NCBI GenBank assembly: GCA_965659685.1
Contig: CBFHXB010000013.1
Location: forward strand, 215 to 64,214
Source of the DNA: Candidatus Poseidoniaceae archaeon
GTDB taxonomy: Archaea; Thermoplasmatota; Poseidoniia; Poseidoniales; Poseidoniaceae
Reading direction: 5' to 3'
DNA length: 64,000 nt
The notes below the pieces were generated by a model. The model was not told the DNA's origin and did no database searches. It was given only the letters and a program-made list of their open reading frames with translations. A program made the position numbers and the translations under genes. Below, in pieces: positions 18,856-28,410 of this stretch (position 1 is its first letter; the number at the start of each line of letters is the position of its first letter).

Positions 18856-19731
18856 GTGGCGGAAGCACAGCGCTTGGACGGACGGGCCTGTGCCGCCGAA
18901 CTCGACAGCAGGACCGCTGCTCGGGCTGCGGCCCTCACCGAACAAGGCGTGCAGCCTCACTTGGCCGTGGTCATCGTCGGCGACGACCCTGCTTCGCACG
19001 TCTACGTGCGCTCCAAGGTCAAGGCGTGCGAACGCCTTGGGCTGATCTCCACGCACGTTGAGCGTCCTGCCACCACCACGCAGGACGATCTTGAGGCCAT
19101 CGTGGACGGTCTCAACGCCGACCCCAGCGTGCATGGCATCCTCGTCCAATCCCCGCTGCCTGCGCACCTCGACGAAGGCGCCATCACGGACCGCATCGAT
19201 CCGGCCAAGGACGTCGACGGTTTTCATCCGGTCAACCTTGGACGGCTTGTCCAAGGACGCACCGATGGCCTGCTTCCCTGCACACCGTCGGGCGTGATGG
19301 AAATGTTGCGTTGGGCGAAGGTTCCCCTCCAAGGCAAGCGAGCCGTGGTGCTCGGCCGAAGCCGCATCGTCGGCATGCCCATGGCGTTGCTCTTGGCGGC
19401 GCGTGGCGCGGACGCCACCGTCACCGTCGTGCATTCGCGTACCGAAGACGTGGCGGACCGATGCCGCGAGGCCGACGTCATCGTGGCCGCCGTGGGACGT
19501 CCAGACATGGTGCAAGCCGACTGGGTCAAACCCGGCGCCACGGTGGTGGACGTCGGCATCAACCGCGTGGACGACGACAGCCGAGAACGCGGATGGCGCC
19601 TCGCCGGTGACGTTCATCCCGAAGTGGCGAGCGTCGCAGGTTGGCTCTCACCGGTGCCCGGCGGGGTTGGACCGATGACCATCGCGATGTTGATGGCCAA
19701 CACGGTTCGCGCCGCTGAAGGCCTCGAATGA
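18856..19731 (+). CDS. folD: bifunctional methylenetetrahydrofolate dehydrogenase/cyclohydrolase
   Basis: YVRSK, KDVDGFHP, PCTP, DVGINR and PVPGGVGPMT. Confidence 0.97.
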   Translation: MAEAQRLDGRACAAELDSRTAARAAALTEQGVQPHLAVVIVGDDPASHVYVRSKVKACERLGLISTHVERPATTTQDDLEAIVDGLNADPSVHGILVQSPLPAHLDEGAITDRIDPAKDVDGFHPVNLGRLVQGRTDGLLPCTPSGVMEMLRWAKVPLQGKRAVVLGRSRIVGMPMALLLAARGADATVTVVHSRTEDVADRCREADVIVAAVGRPDMVQADWVKPGATVVDVGINRVDDDSRERGWRLAGDVHPEVASVAGWLSPVPGGVGPMTIAMLMANTVRAAEGLE

Positions 19732-19774
19732 GTCGCCAACGGGTTCTTGACCCAAGAGGACGGACGATGGGTCG

Positions 19775-20653
19775 ATGGAAGCACGACGCCCCCGGCTTGC
19801 CCGCGTGTCGGGTGTGGCGGCGATGCTCCTTGGCGCCCTGATGATCGTCAACGCCTTCGCCGGGCGTTGGCCCGGCCATCCGGGGATGAAATTCCGCGTT
19901 CAGCCGTACGTGCTTGCTCGCCTCGACCGCTTTGACGGAACGTGGTGGGCACCCACCGGGTGGTACCACCAGGAATTCGTGGTGGGTGCGGTCATCGTCG
20001 CCTTGTTCGTCATCCAACGTCGGGCCTCCAAACCTCGCGAGGTCCCGACGATTCAACAGCGAAGCATCTCCGACCAGTTGGAGGACTTCGAAGCCGGTGG
20101 TATCACCGTCCGGTCTGCCCCACCACTCGGAGGTGCTTCGGCGACCACACAAGCCATCGTCCAGAGCATCCTTGGCAACGAACCTGAGGCCCAACGTGAC
20201 GTGTCCGCCGCGATCGCGCATCTCGACACCGACGAGACCGGGCAAGAAGCGGCGCGCGTCGTCGCGGCGGCCAAGAACCCACAACCCGCCATCGTGCGCG
20301 AGGCGCGGCCGCTCGTCGCCGTGCCCACGATGGACATCGAATTGCCGTCCCTCGACGTCGAACCCACGCCCACTGGACGTGACGAGAGCATCGAGGCGGC
20401 GACCCCCGAACCTGAGGCGCAGGCAGAGGAGACGGTCCAACCGGTGGCGTCCGTGCCCCTCCCCGTCCTTCCGAAGCCCACACCGGCCCCCGCGCCGGCC
20501 CCCGTCGAGCAACCAACGCCCGACGACCTCGGTCTCGACGGCTTGCTCGACGGCTTGGACCGTTTGTTCGACGAACCGGCTGAGGACGCTCAGGAAGACC
20601 CCGAAGACCACGGGATGAGCAACCTGCTCGACAGCCTGGACGACCTGTTCTGA
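19775..20653 (+). CDS. hypothetical membrane protein with long Pro/acidic disordered tail
   Basis: Two TMs, then low-complexity P/E/D sequence ending LLDSLDDLF; fills the gap in the + strand operon. Confidence 0.65.
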   Translation: MEARRPRLARVSGVAAMLLGALMIVNAFAGRWPGHPGMKFRVQPYVLARLDRFDGTWWAPTGWYHQEFVVGAVIVALFVIQRRASKPREVPTIQQRSISDQLEDFEAGGITVRSAPPLGGASATTQAIVQSILGNEPEAQRDVSAAIAHLDTDETGQEAARVVAAAKNPQPAIVREARPLVAVPTMDIELPSLDVEPTPTGRDESIEAATPEPEAQAEETVQPVASVPLPVLPKPTPAPAPAPVEQPTPDDLGLDGLLDGLDRLFDEPAEDAQEDPEDHGMSNLLDSLDDLF

Positions 20654-20662
20654 GGTGACCTC

Positions 20663-21550
20663 ATGTGGTGCTCTGACGTTGACCTGCATTCGCATTCCAC
20701 CCACAGCGACGGGACGCTGGAGGTGGCTGCATTGGCCGCCAGCATGGCGCGTGAAGGCGTGCAGGTGTGGAGCCTGACCGACCACGACACGACGTCGGGC
20801 TGGGAGGAGGCCGCGACCGAAGCAGCACGGCACGGGATGGCCTTCTTGCCCGGTGTCGAATTGACCTGCGTTCCCGCCTTGTCCCCCGACGGCGATGCTG
20901 CACGGGAAGGGTCCTGGCATCTGCTGGCGTACGTTCCAGGGGACGTGCAGCGCGCGGAAGTGCGCGAGTTTCGGGCGTGGATCGCCGGCCTGACCGAAGC
21001 GAGGGGACCGCGCATGACGATGATGATCGAGCGGCTCGGCACCTTCGGCATTCACGTGGACGAATCGAAGGTCCTCGCACGGGCCAACGGGGCCGTGGGT
21101 CGCCCCCACCTTGCCGCCGAATTGCTTGAGATGGGCGTGGTGGACACCTTCCAGCAAGCCTTCGACGAGTGGATCGGGGACGGCGCACCCGCAAACGTGG
21201 AACGCCCTCGACCGACCCTCGAAGAGGCGAGCCGCCGCGTCCACGCCGCGGGTGGATTCTGTTCCCTCGCCCACCCGGTGTACTACGGCGTGAGCACCGA
21301 CGCCGTGCTCGATCTCCTGTGCAGCATCGGCATCGAGGCCGTGGAAGCCTTCCACGGCGGGCACACCGACGCTTACCGTGACGAAGTGTGGCAAGCGGCG
21401 GTGAAACGCGGCCTTGCCGTGACCGCGGGATCAGACCACCACGGACCTGAGCATCACCCCCGGCCCGGCCATCGACCGGTTCCTTTGGCCGACGTGCACG
21501 GGGCCATCAAGCGCTTGCGCGAGGCACACCAAGCAGCCGGTCGACCATGA
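20663..21550 (+). CDS. PHP domain phosphoesterase (TrpH/YciV-like)
   Basis: DLHSHSTHSDG, LTDHD, GVE, GRPH, LAHP and GSDHHG. Confidence 0.92.
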   Translation: MWCSDVDLHSHSTHSDGTLEVAALAASMAREGVQVWSLTDHDTTSGWEEAATEAARHGMAFLPGVELTCVPALSPDGDAAREGSWHLLAYVPGDVQRAEVREFRAWIAGLTEARGPRMTMMIERLGTFGIHVDESKVLARANGAVGRPHLAAELLEMGVVDTFQQAFDEWIGDGAPANVERPRPTLEEASRRVHAAGGFCSLAHPVYYGVSTDAVLDLLCSIGIEAVEAFHGGHTDAYRDEVWQAAVKRGLAVTAGSDHHGPEHHPRPGHRPVPLADVHGAIKRLREAHQAAGRP

Positions 21551-22313
21551 GGCCAACCTCGAAGAGGAGCACCACCGGCAGCGCCACCAAAAACAGCGAC
21601 AAGGGATCGGGTGGCGACACAAAGGCCCCCATGATCACGCATCCAAACCAGACGTGACGCCGATGCGCCACCAAGGTGGCCCGTTCGACCAAACCCCCAC
21701 GCAACACGGCCAACGTGATGAGCGGGGCTTGGAACCCGACGGCCGACGCCAGATGGAGGCGGACGAGGAAACCCACGTAGGCCATCAAACGCCAATCCGT
21801 GCTCAGGCCCACGGTTTGTGCATCCCGGGTGAGGTAATCCAGCAACAAGGGCACCAATCCCGTCGAGGCATACAGCAAACCTGCAACGGCCAAAGCGGCG
21901 GCGCTCAGCACGAGGACAAGCACCGCCCCGAGGTTCACCTTGCCGCGGGCCGCGGCCACGGCGTCCTGCATCGCCGGGGTGCTCGCCCTGGCCGCGGCTC
22001 GAAAGAGGTCGAAGGCCAGCAGGGCAAAGACAAGGGCAAGGGCCACGTCCGCGGCCAAGCGCACCTGAAGGAGCAGGAATTCAACCGGCGTGGTGACGAT
22101 GATGCGAACCCCTTCGGGAAGACGCTCGTCCGCGATGAGCCACTGCACCACATCGGAGGTGAAGGGAAAGGCCCCAACGAAACCGAGGGCACCAAGCGCC
22201 AGAAGGACGGGGAGCCGCCCTCGAAGGTGATCCCGCGCTTGACCGAGGGTTTGCCCCACCGGACTCTGGCCCCAATCGTCGAGCACTTGGACAAGGTCCG
22301 AAACGCCCGACAT
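21507..22313 (-). CDS. tatC: twin-arginine translocase subunit TatC
   Basis: HLRGRL, TPVEFL, GFQAP, RRH and SPPDPLSLFLVALPVVLLFE. Confidence 0.85.
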   Translation of the reverse strand: MSGVSDLVQVLDDWGQSPVGQTLGQARDHLRGRLPVLLALGALGFVGAFPFTSDVVQWLIADERLPEGVRIIVTTPVEFLLLQVRLAADVALALVFALLAFDLFRAAARASTPAMQDAVAAARGKVNLGAVLVLVLSAAALAVAGLLYASTGLVPLLLDYLTRDAQTVGLSTDWRLMAYVGFLVRLHLASAVGFQAPLITLAVLRGGLVERATLVAHRRHVWFGCVIMGAFVSPPDPLSLFLVALPVVLLFEVGLMVDRLLGVPRASA

Positions 22314-22355
22314 GGACGGAGGGTGTGGCCCTCCATCAAGAAGCGCGCGGCTTGC

Positions 22356-23792
22356 TCACGCCTCTTCCCAACGGTGCGAAGGAATGGACTCCAACCAATG
22401 CAGGCCAGAGGACCGGGCACGCGCGATACGATGCACGACAAAGCCGGTCATCCACAGCGAAGGAAGGGAGAGAAGGATGGCTTCCCACAGGGGGATGTAG
22501 CCGAAATCGTTGACGACGCGAAGTTCCACGACCTCGCTCACGGCATCCTCGTCAACGTGGAAGACCAAGATCCACCACACCTTCGGTTGGTCGACGGTCA
22601 GGTTGATCGTCGCACCTGGCTCAAGGGTGATGACCTCTCCCGAACCCGCGTCCGCGAGGGTGTCCCAATTGAGGTAGCCCCGCTCCATGGCCGGTTCAGA
22701 AGCCTCGGCGATGCGCAAAGCCATGTGCACGGGGGTTTCGTCATCGAGGTTGGTCACCGTCACCACGACCTCTTCTCCATAGCCAAAGCGCTGGATGATC
22801 TCATGGGTGGAATCTCCGGGTCCAAGACGGTAGGACACGCGCTCGTCGACGGTGTCGGCTTGGTGCATGATGACCCCAGTGAAGGCGGCGGCCATGAGCA
22901 AGACCACGGCGCCCTCGACCACCACGTGCCGGATGACTTTCTGCCGGTCCACACCCTTGAACCAGCCGCCGTGGTCGTTGCGCAAGCGTGGTTGAAGGTA
23001 GTGGATGAACAGCGCGCCCATGCCGCCGATGATCATCCCGAGGGGAATGTCGACGATCCAGTGAATGCCAAGGTACAGGATGGTGAAGGCAAAGACGATC
23101 GTGTTGTAGACGACGAAGCGGTGGTATCCACGGTGGACCCAATCCTTCATCCGAATGCCTTGGTCACGGACGTGAAGGATGTTCAGCAGGATGATGCCGA
23201 AGGGGATGGCGATGTGCAGCGAGGGAACGGCGTTGTCCAGCGGGTCGTTGTTGATGTAGAACGTGGAGTACAATCCGTCGTGGTACAGCAACGGCTCCAT
23301 GCCGGGAATCCAGGAGGAGGTGACTTCGACGTTGAAGAACAGGTAGTATGGAACCGCCAAGGCGTAAATCAGCAGGTAATTCATCGTGACTTTGTCCGTG
23401 AGGTCACGCTCGCCGACGTAGCCGTAGAAGACGGTCGTCACGTAAATCAGGAAGAGGTAGATGAAGAGGTAATGGAAATTCAGCACCGCCGTCAAGGTCG
23501 GGGATGCGAAGGCGTCTTGGATCCACAGAACCGTGTTTCCTTCGATGCCGTGCACGAAACCCGTCCAATGGCCGGTCACGACCTTGATCGGTTCGTTCAG
23601 GTCGTCGGTGAAGCCTTTCCACTTGATGATGACCAAATAGCCGAGGGCGTGGAGGTAGTACCGTTGCTCATGGATGAGCCGCCCAATTCGGTTGAGCTTG
23701 GTGCGTGTCTCCGGCGCATGAAGCGTGAAGACCCAACAGATGACTGGCGTGAGCAGCAGGACCAGACCCATCATGATGGTCCACGGGCTCAT
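22356..23792 (-). CDS. PAP2/AUR1 (inositol phosphorylceramide synthase-like) membrane phosphotransferase with extra C-terminal domain
   Basis: NAVPSLHIA and LYLGIHWIVD catalytic motifs; multiple TMs. Confidence 0.85.
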   Translation of the reverse strand: MSPWTIMMGLVLLLTPVICWVFTLHAPETRTKLNRIGRLIHEQRYYLHALGYLVIIKWKGFTDDLNEPIKVVTGHWTGFVHGIEGNTVLWIQDAFASPTLTAVLNFHYLFIYLFLIYVTTVFYGYVGERDLTDKVTMNYLLIYALAVPYYLFFNVEVTSSWIPGMEPLLYHDGLYSTFYINNDPLDNAVPSLHIAIPFGIILLNILHVRDQGIRMKDWVHRGYHRFVVYNTIVFAFTILYLGIHWIVDIPLGMIIGGMGALFIHYLQPRLRNDHGGWFKGVDRQKVIRHVVVEGAVVLLMAAAFTGVIMHQADTVDERVSYRLGPGDSTHEIIQRFGYGEEVVVTVTNLDDETPVHMALRIAEASEPAMERGYLNWDTLADAGSGEVITLEPGATINLTVDQPKVWWILVFHVDEDAVSEVVELRVVNDFGYIPLWEAILLSLPSLWMTGFVVHRIARARSSGLHWLESIPSHRWEEA

Positions 23793-23906
23793 GCCGTCGC
23801 CTCCTGAGGTTCAGCCTTGAGCATTCCCACGATTTGCCATGCCGTCACATCAAACTCCATGCCCTCTATTGCTTGCCTTCATCAAGGAGATAGCCCTTGA
23901 GGCTTC

Positions 23907-25070
23907 ATGGGCGGGCCCGAGCCGGAGAACTCCCTCGCCGGCCTCCGCGAGTCCATGCTGAAGGCGGACGGAATCGAATTTGATCTGCGCATGACGCTTG
24001 ATGGCCACATCGTCTTGCATCACGACCGCACACCAATGATTCCTACGCATGAAAAAGAGGGGCGTCCCACGCACGTCGAATCATGGACCTTGGACGAACT
24101 TCGAGCGTTTGGCGTTGAAACCTTCGAGGAGATGCTCGCCGATCCGATCATCTCAACGGCTTGGCGGGAGCAGGCAAAGGTCGGCGTGATCGAAATCAAG
24201 CGCCCCCACCCACGCTTTCACGGCCGAGCACGCTGGTGGGATGACCGACGGGACATCGCCCACATGGGCGAACTTTCTCAAAAAATCGAAGCCATGCTGG
24301 ATGAAGCGGACATACCTGCACAAAACACGGTTTTGTATGCCTTCCACCCTCGAATGGCCAACATCGTGGATTGGTCGGAATGGAAGCGGCCATGGTCGCG
24401 GCTGACACCAAACCTTCCACCGTTTGGCAATTCTGCCCTCCAACGTTCGATCGCTTCGGCTTCTTTCTTGGCCTCTTCGTTTTCACGTCTTGTGAGGACG
24501 CACAAGGGTGCAGGCTCACCCATGATGCCTTGCGCATTGGATTACCTGCACGGGCTACGCCGTCACATTCCCATCGGCCGGCACGTGGGCCTGACAGGCA
24601 AGGGAAGGAAGCACCTCAATGCCGTCCGCAAGGGTTACCCCGTGTACGTATGGCCTGCCCCCTACGCCTTGGAGACGGCCTTGATCGACACTGGGCTCAC
24701 CTCGGTGTCCGACAGCGTTGGCGACCCGACACCACGGCACGTTGACGGTCGGCTGCGCTGGAAGCGCATGGCGACCGCTCCGCTGGACGGACCCATGCCA
24801 CACGTGGCTTCGGATGACGAGGCAGAGGGCCTGCTGACGGAACTCGACGCAAGCGTTGCGCCTTGGCATGAACTCGACACCACGGAACACCGGCGCCACC
24901 TCGAGGCGTGGCGGAAACGTTGGGGATGGAGCCGCAGCGTGGACGAGCTCCTCGACGACGTTCACGAGGGTGGAACCACGATGCCGTGGGAAGCGGTCAG
25001 GATGGTCGGTCACCGAGGGACAGGAAAGACGCCTCGCCCGGTCTTGCACCGCGTGACGCCTCAGACGTGA
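23907..25070 (+). CDS. glycerophosphodiester phosphodiesterase, apparently circularly permuted
   Basis: N-terminal PENS, DGIEFDLRMTLDGHIVLHHD and IEIK. The HRG motif occurs only at the C-terminus (MVGHRG). Confidence 0.85.
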   Translation: MGGPEPENSLAGLRESMLKADGIEFDLRMTLDGHIVLHHDRTPMIPTHEKEGRPTHVESWTLDELRAFGVETFEEMLADPIISTAWREQAKVGVIEIKRPHPRFHGRARWWDDRRDIAHMGELSQKIEAMLDEADIPAQNTVLYAFHPRMANIVDWSEWKRPWSRLTPNLPPFGNSALQRSIASASFLASSFSRLVRTHKGAGSPMMPCALDYLHGLRRHIPIGRHVGLTGKGRKHLNAVRKGYPVYVWPAPYALETALIDTGLTSVSDSVGDPTPRHVDGRLRWKRMATAPLDGPMPHVASDDEAEGLLTELDASVAPWHELDTTEHRRHLEAWRKRWGWSRSVDELLDDVHEGGTTMPWEAVRMVGHRGTGKTPRPVLHRVTPQT

Positions 25071-26227
25071 CGGAGCGTTTGCTCTTCCGCGATGTACTTC
25101 GGGCGGTAGATCGGCACGCCCTTTCCATCGCGCATCACGGTGCGCTCATCGACGATTTGCGCACCGATGCCTGCAACGCGAGCCCAACCAAAGAAGGTCG
25201 TGTAGTATTCCGGCTTGCGCAATCCCACGTGGTGAAGCAGGGTGCCGCTGGCGATGTCCACGTTCGCGTTGGGATTGGAGATCTTGGGATTCTCAGCCAG
25301 CACGCGCGGTGCGACCTCGCGCAAGGTCCGGATGATGGCGAAGTTCTCGTCGTCGGGACACAGCCGCTCGCCCAAGGCGAACTGGTAGGTGGCGCGCGGG
25401 TCTTCGGCCCGAAGGACGGCGTGACCGAAGCCAAACACTGGTCGCTTGGCGGCCAATTCTCCGCGGATGAAGGCCTCGACCTCGTCTGGGTCGGACGTCC
25501 CGATGCCCAGAACGAATTCCAAACACGATTGGTTTGCACGTCCGTGAAGCGGTCCAGAGAGGCTGTTCATCGCGCTGGCCATCGAGGCGTAGAGCGTGGC
25601 CCTGCCGCTTGCCGTGGCTTTGCCGGTGAAGGTGGACAAGTTGCCGCCACCGTGGTCCAAATGAAGGACGAGGTAGGCGTTGAGGACCTCACGCATCACG
25701 GCGTAGTCCACGCCTTCGGGTTGCAACGTGGCGATGAAGCGGTCGACCAACCCCAGCGAGGTGTCGTCGGCGGGAATCCCTTCAGCGCGTCCTTCGCGGT
25801 ACCGGAAGAGCAGCCCCATCAGACGGGGCATGCGTGCAACGAGGTTCAACGCGTCCTCGTTCCAATCCCCGTTGGTCTCGGCCATCCCGAGGGTGTGCAG
25901 ACCGACGCTCAGCCAATCCATGGGATGTCCTTCGCGTGGCAAGGTGGCGTACACCGGTTCCAGGGCGCCTGGTGGCAGGGTGCCCCGTGCAGAGAGGTCC
26001 GCACGAAAGGCCTTGGATTGCTCGGGGTTGGGAAGTTCCTTGTTGAACAGGAGGTAGATGACGTCCTCCACGTCCATGGCGGCCAATTCAGCGATGGGGT
26101 AGCCGCAGTAATGCACCCCTTCGGTCGGGGTCACGAACGAGGTCCGACAGGTGCCCACGGGAATGCCGCGAAGACCGGTGTTGAGATGGCCGGCGGTGAC
26201 GGACAGCAGTGGTTCGTCGTCGCTCAT
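25061..26227 (-). CDS. gltA: citrate synthase
   Basis: TGLRG, DHGGGNLST, GPLHGRAN, GFGHAVLR..DPR and NVD. Confidence 0.93.
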   Translation of the reverse strand: MSDDEPLLSVTAGHLNTGLRGIPVGTCRTSFVTPTEGVHYCGYPIAELAAMDVEDVIYLLFNKELPNPEQSKAFRADLSARGTLPPGALEPVYATLPREGHPMDWLSVGLHTLGMAETNGDWNEDALNLVARMPRLMGLLFRYREGRAEGIPADDTSLGLVDRFIATLQPEGVDYAVMREVLNAYLVLHLDHGGGNLSTFTGKATASGRATLYASMASAMNSLSGPLHGRANQSCLEFVLGIGTSDPDEVEAFIRGELAAKRPVFGFGHAVLRAEDPRATYQFALGERLCPDDENFAIIRTLREVAPRVLAENPKISNPNANVDIASGTLLHHVGLRKPEYYTTFFGWARVAGIGAQIVDERTVMRDGKGVPIYRPKYIAEEQTLRHV

Positions 26228-26281
26228 CGCTGCACCGGTGGCCCGTCATCGGCTCTGCGTATAAATCCGGCTCTGACCATG

Positions 26282-26752
26282 TTAGGTCTCTTGGGACGGC
26301 AGGGGAAGCCGAACCCCTCGTCCTGATTCGAGATCGCGGGCCACGTGCAGGCGGATGACGTCGCCCTCGACACGCAGGGCGTCGGGGGCATCGATGCCCG
26401 GGCACGTTTGTCGAATCTTGCGCCATGCCCGCATGGATTTCAGGTTCTCCGACCACCAAGGAAAGGCCTCGCATTGTTGCGGTCGGTCCGCATAGACCGA
26501 GCAACGCTTGTCGCCGTCGAGGTAGATGCAAATGCCGTCTGAAGGACGGCTTCGAAGCACCAACCTGCCGTTCAACGACGTGGTGCAGTCGCGACGAATC
26601 CACGCCATTTCCTCCATTCCTGCACGCGCCGCGAGGCGCTGGATGTCGGTCCGAGAGAGAAACACCACACCGCCCGGTTGGTCGCAGCACGCCCCGCAAT
26701 CGGGTTGGCAGGCGAAGTTGACGCCGCCGTCCCACCAGGGCGTGCGGCTCAC
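26282..26752 (-). CDS. YkgJ family (CxxCxxCC) cysteine-cluster protein
   Basis: FACQPDCGACC, CIYL, CSVYADRPQQCEAFPWW and CPG. Confidence 0.92.
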   Translation of the reverse strand: MSRTPWWDGGVNFACQPDCGACCDQPGGVVFLSRTDIQRLAARAGMEEMAWIRRDCTTSLNGRLVLRSRPSDGICIYLDGDKRCSVYADRPQQCEAFPWWSENLKSMRAWRKIRQTCPGIDAPDALRVEGDVIRLHVARDLESGRGVRLPLPSQET

Positions 26753-28410
26753 GCCTGGCCCTCCGGAATCCTGACCGGACGCAGGCGGGCCAAACGGGCA
26801 GGGCCGCTCGCCCCTTTGGCGAGTTGATCGAGTTCCTGATCGATGGATTGGAGTTCATCGGTGATGGCCAGAAGTTCCTCCACGTCGGCCTCACGGGCTT
26901 CGGAGGCCAGCGCTTCCATGCGCAATTTCAGGGCCTCAAGACGAAGGTTCTGGTCTTCCGCGGCGTGGCGTCGGCGGACGATGGCGGCTTCCGCATCGAG
27001 GTCGATGTCGGCCATGACCTCCGCCGCACGGACCGCGTCAGGCATCTCGAGCCGTTCCACGTCGCGAACGAGGTATTGGTCGCGTTCGTTGGGGCGAAGG
27101 AGTTGATCCACGCGTGGGTCACGCGCCACCTCGAGGACGGCTTGAGCCACCCCTTCAGGGCGCGGCGCACCTTCCAACAAGGCGACGGCATCCGGCACCT
27201 CTGGCGTCCAGTCGTCGGAGATCTCGGGCACCGGCACGGTCAATTCCACGCCGCCGATGGCACCGCCGGCATCCACGGCATCGAGGGCGCGCTGGATGAC
27301 CGCCGTGGCGGTTTCCACATGGTCGGTGACCGGTGAAGCCTCGGCCGACGACGTCTCCGCGGGCGCGTGAAGATGGGAACGCAACCCGTTCTCAAGGCCA
27401 CGCCACGTCGGATGCTCAGCAGCAATGGACTGGAGGACGTCGTTCTCAACCACCAAGGCATCACGGACGGCCATCGCTCGAAGGGCGGCCAAGCGGTCGA
27501 TTGGACCGGGAGAGGCCAACGTGGCCATCACGCCTTCCTGCATGACGCGCGACAGCGGACTTGAGGGCCATGTGGCCGGTGGCTGGGTGGTGCAGACCAC
27601 CACCTGGACACCGAGGTTCATCGCCAGGTCAACGACGTGATGGAGACGGCGGCATCGTTCAGGGTCCCCAATTGCTTCGTCCACGTCGTCGATGAGCACG
27701 CCGCTCGAGCGGGAAAGGCGGGCGTCAAGGTCGCTGAATTGAGCGTCGAGGACGTCCAAGGGCATGGAAGCCGGATGACGCAGCAAAGCAACGCCCCCTT
27801 CCTGACGGCGAAGCAGGGCTTGCCCGATGGCGTGAAGCAAATGGCTCCTTCCTGAGCCTGGAGGCCCCTGGATCACCAGCGGGTTGACCTCACCGGCGTT
27901 GGACACGACGTGGTCCGCCCAACTGCTGGCGCCACGGTTGCTCTCAAGCACCACCCAATGCCGGAAGGTCTGTTGTTCGGACCATCGCAGGCCCCACGCC
28001 CATGCTTCAGGAAGGTGCGTGGCGGGAGGCGCCCGTGAAGCGTGCGCACCAAGCATGCTTTGCCACAATGGCTCACCAAGTTCGCCTTCACCAAGCCGAG
28101 CCGATGGTTCGGCGGGCGGCGTCGCTGAAGCAGGATCGAAGGTCGACGTGTGGCCTTCCACACGCCGCGCCAAACGGCGGGCCAATTCGTCTTCCAACCC
28201 GCCTTTTGCGGGGGTTGGCGCGGGTGGAGGTGCGGCGGCTGGGGACCACGCCACGACAGGGCGGAGGCGGGCCATCGGTGGCCGATCGCTTCGTGTGGCC
28301 AACTGCTCAATCGCACCCTGGGTCGTTGAGGGAGCGGTATCCACGGCTTGCTCTTGGCCAAGTCCGTGTCGGGCGCGCCGCACGGCCGCGCGGAGGGGAG
28401 AATCACGCAT
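26749..28410 (-). CDS. DnaA/Hda-type AAA+ domain protein with C-terminal coiled coil
   Basis: TFRHWVVLESN, NPLVIQGPPGSGRSHLLHAIG, LIDDVD, LSRV..G and WRGLENGL. Start at ATG 28410 overlaps the upstream stop. Confidence 0.8.
   Translation of the reverse strand: MRDSPLRAAVRRARHGLGQEQAVDTAPSTTQGAIEQLATRSDRPPMARLRPVVAWSPAAAPPPAPTPAKGGLEDELARRLARRVEGHTSTFDPASATPPAEPSARLGEGELGEPLWQSMLGAHASRAPPATHLPEAWAWGLRWSEQQTFRHWVVLESNRGASSWADHVVSNAGEVNPLVIQGPPGSGRSHLLHAIGQALLRRQEGGVALLRHPASMPLDVLDAQFSDLDARLSRSSGVLIDDVDEAIGDPERCRRLHHVVDLAMNLGVQVVVCTTQPPATWPSSPLSRVMQEGVMATLASPGPIDRLAALRAMAVRDALVVENDVLQSIAAEHPTWRGLENGLRSHLHAPAETSSAEASPVTDHVETATAVIQRALDAVDAGGAIGGVELTVPVPEISDDWTPEVPDAVALLEGAPRPEGVAQAVLEVARDPRVDQLLRPNERDQYLVRDVERLEMPDAVRAAEVMADIDLDAEAAIVRRRHAAEDQNLRLEALKLRMEALASEAREADVEELLAITDELQSIDQELDQLAKGASGPARLARLRPVRIPEGQA

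Noticed and set aside
21507-21550. 44-bp convergent overlap of PHP and tatC as antisense regulation
   Set aside because: Short convergent 3' overlaps recur in this compact genome (25061-25070, 33678-33683, 52620-52630), with no specific evidence of regulation.
26749-28410. True replication initiator dnaA with adjacent oriC, implying bacterial contamination
   Set aside because: No domain IV, no DnaA-box clusters seen, no dnaN, and the surrounding genes are archaeal.
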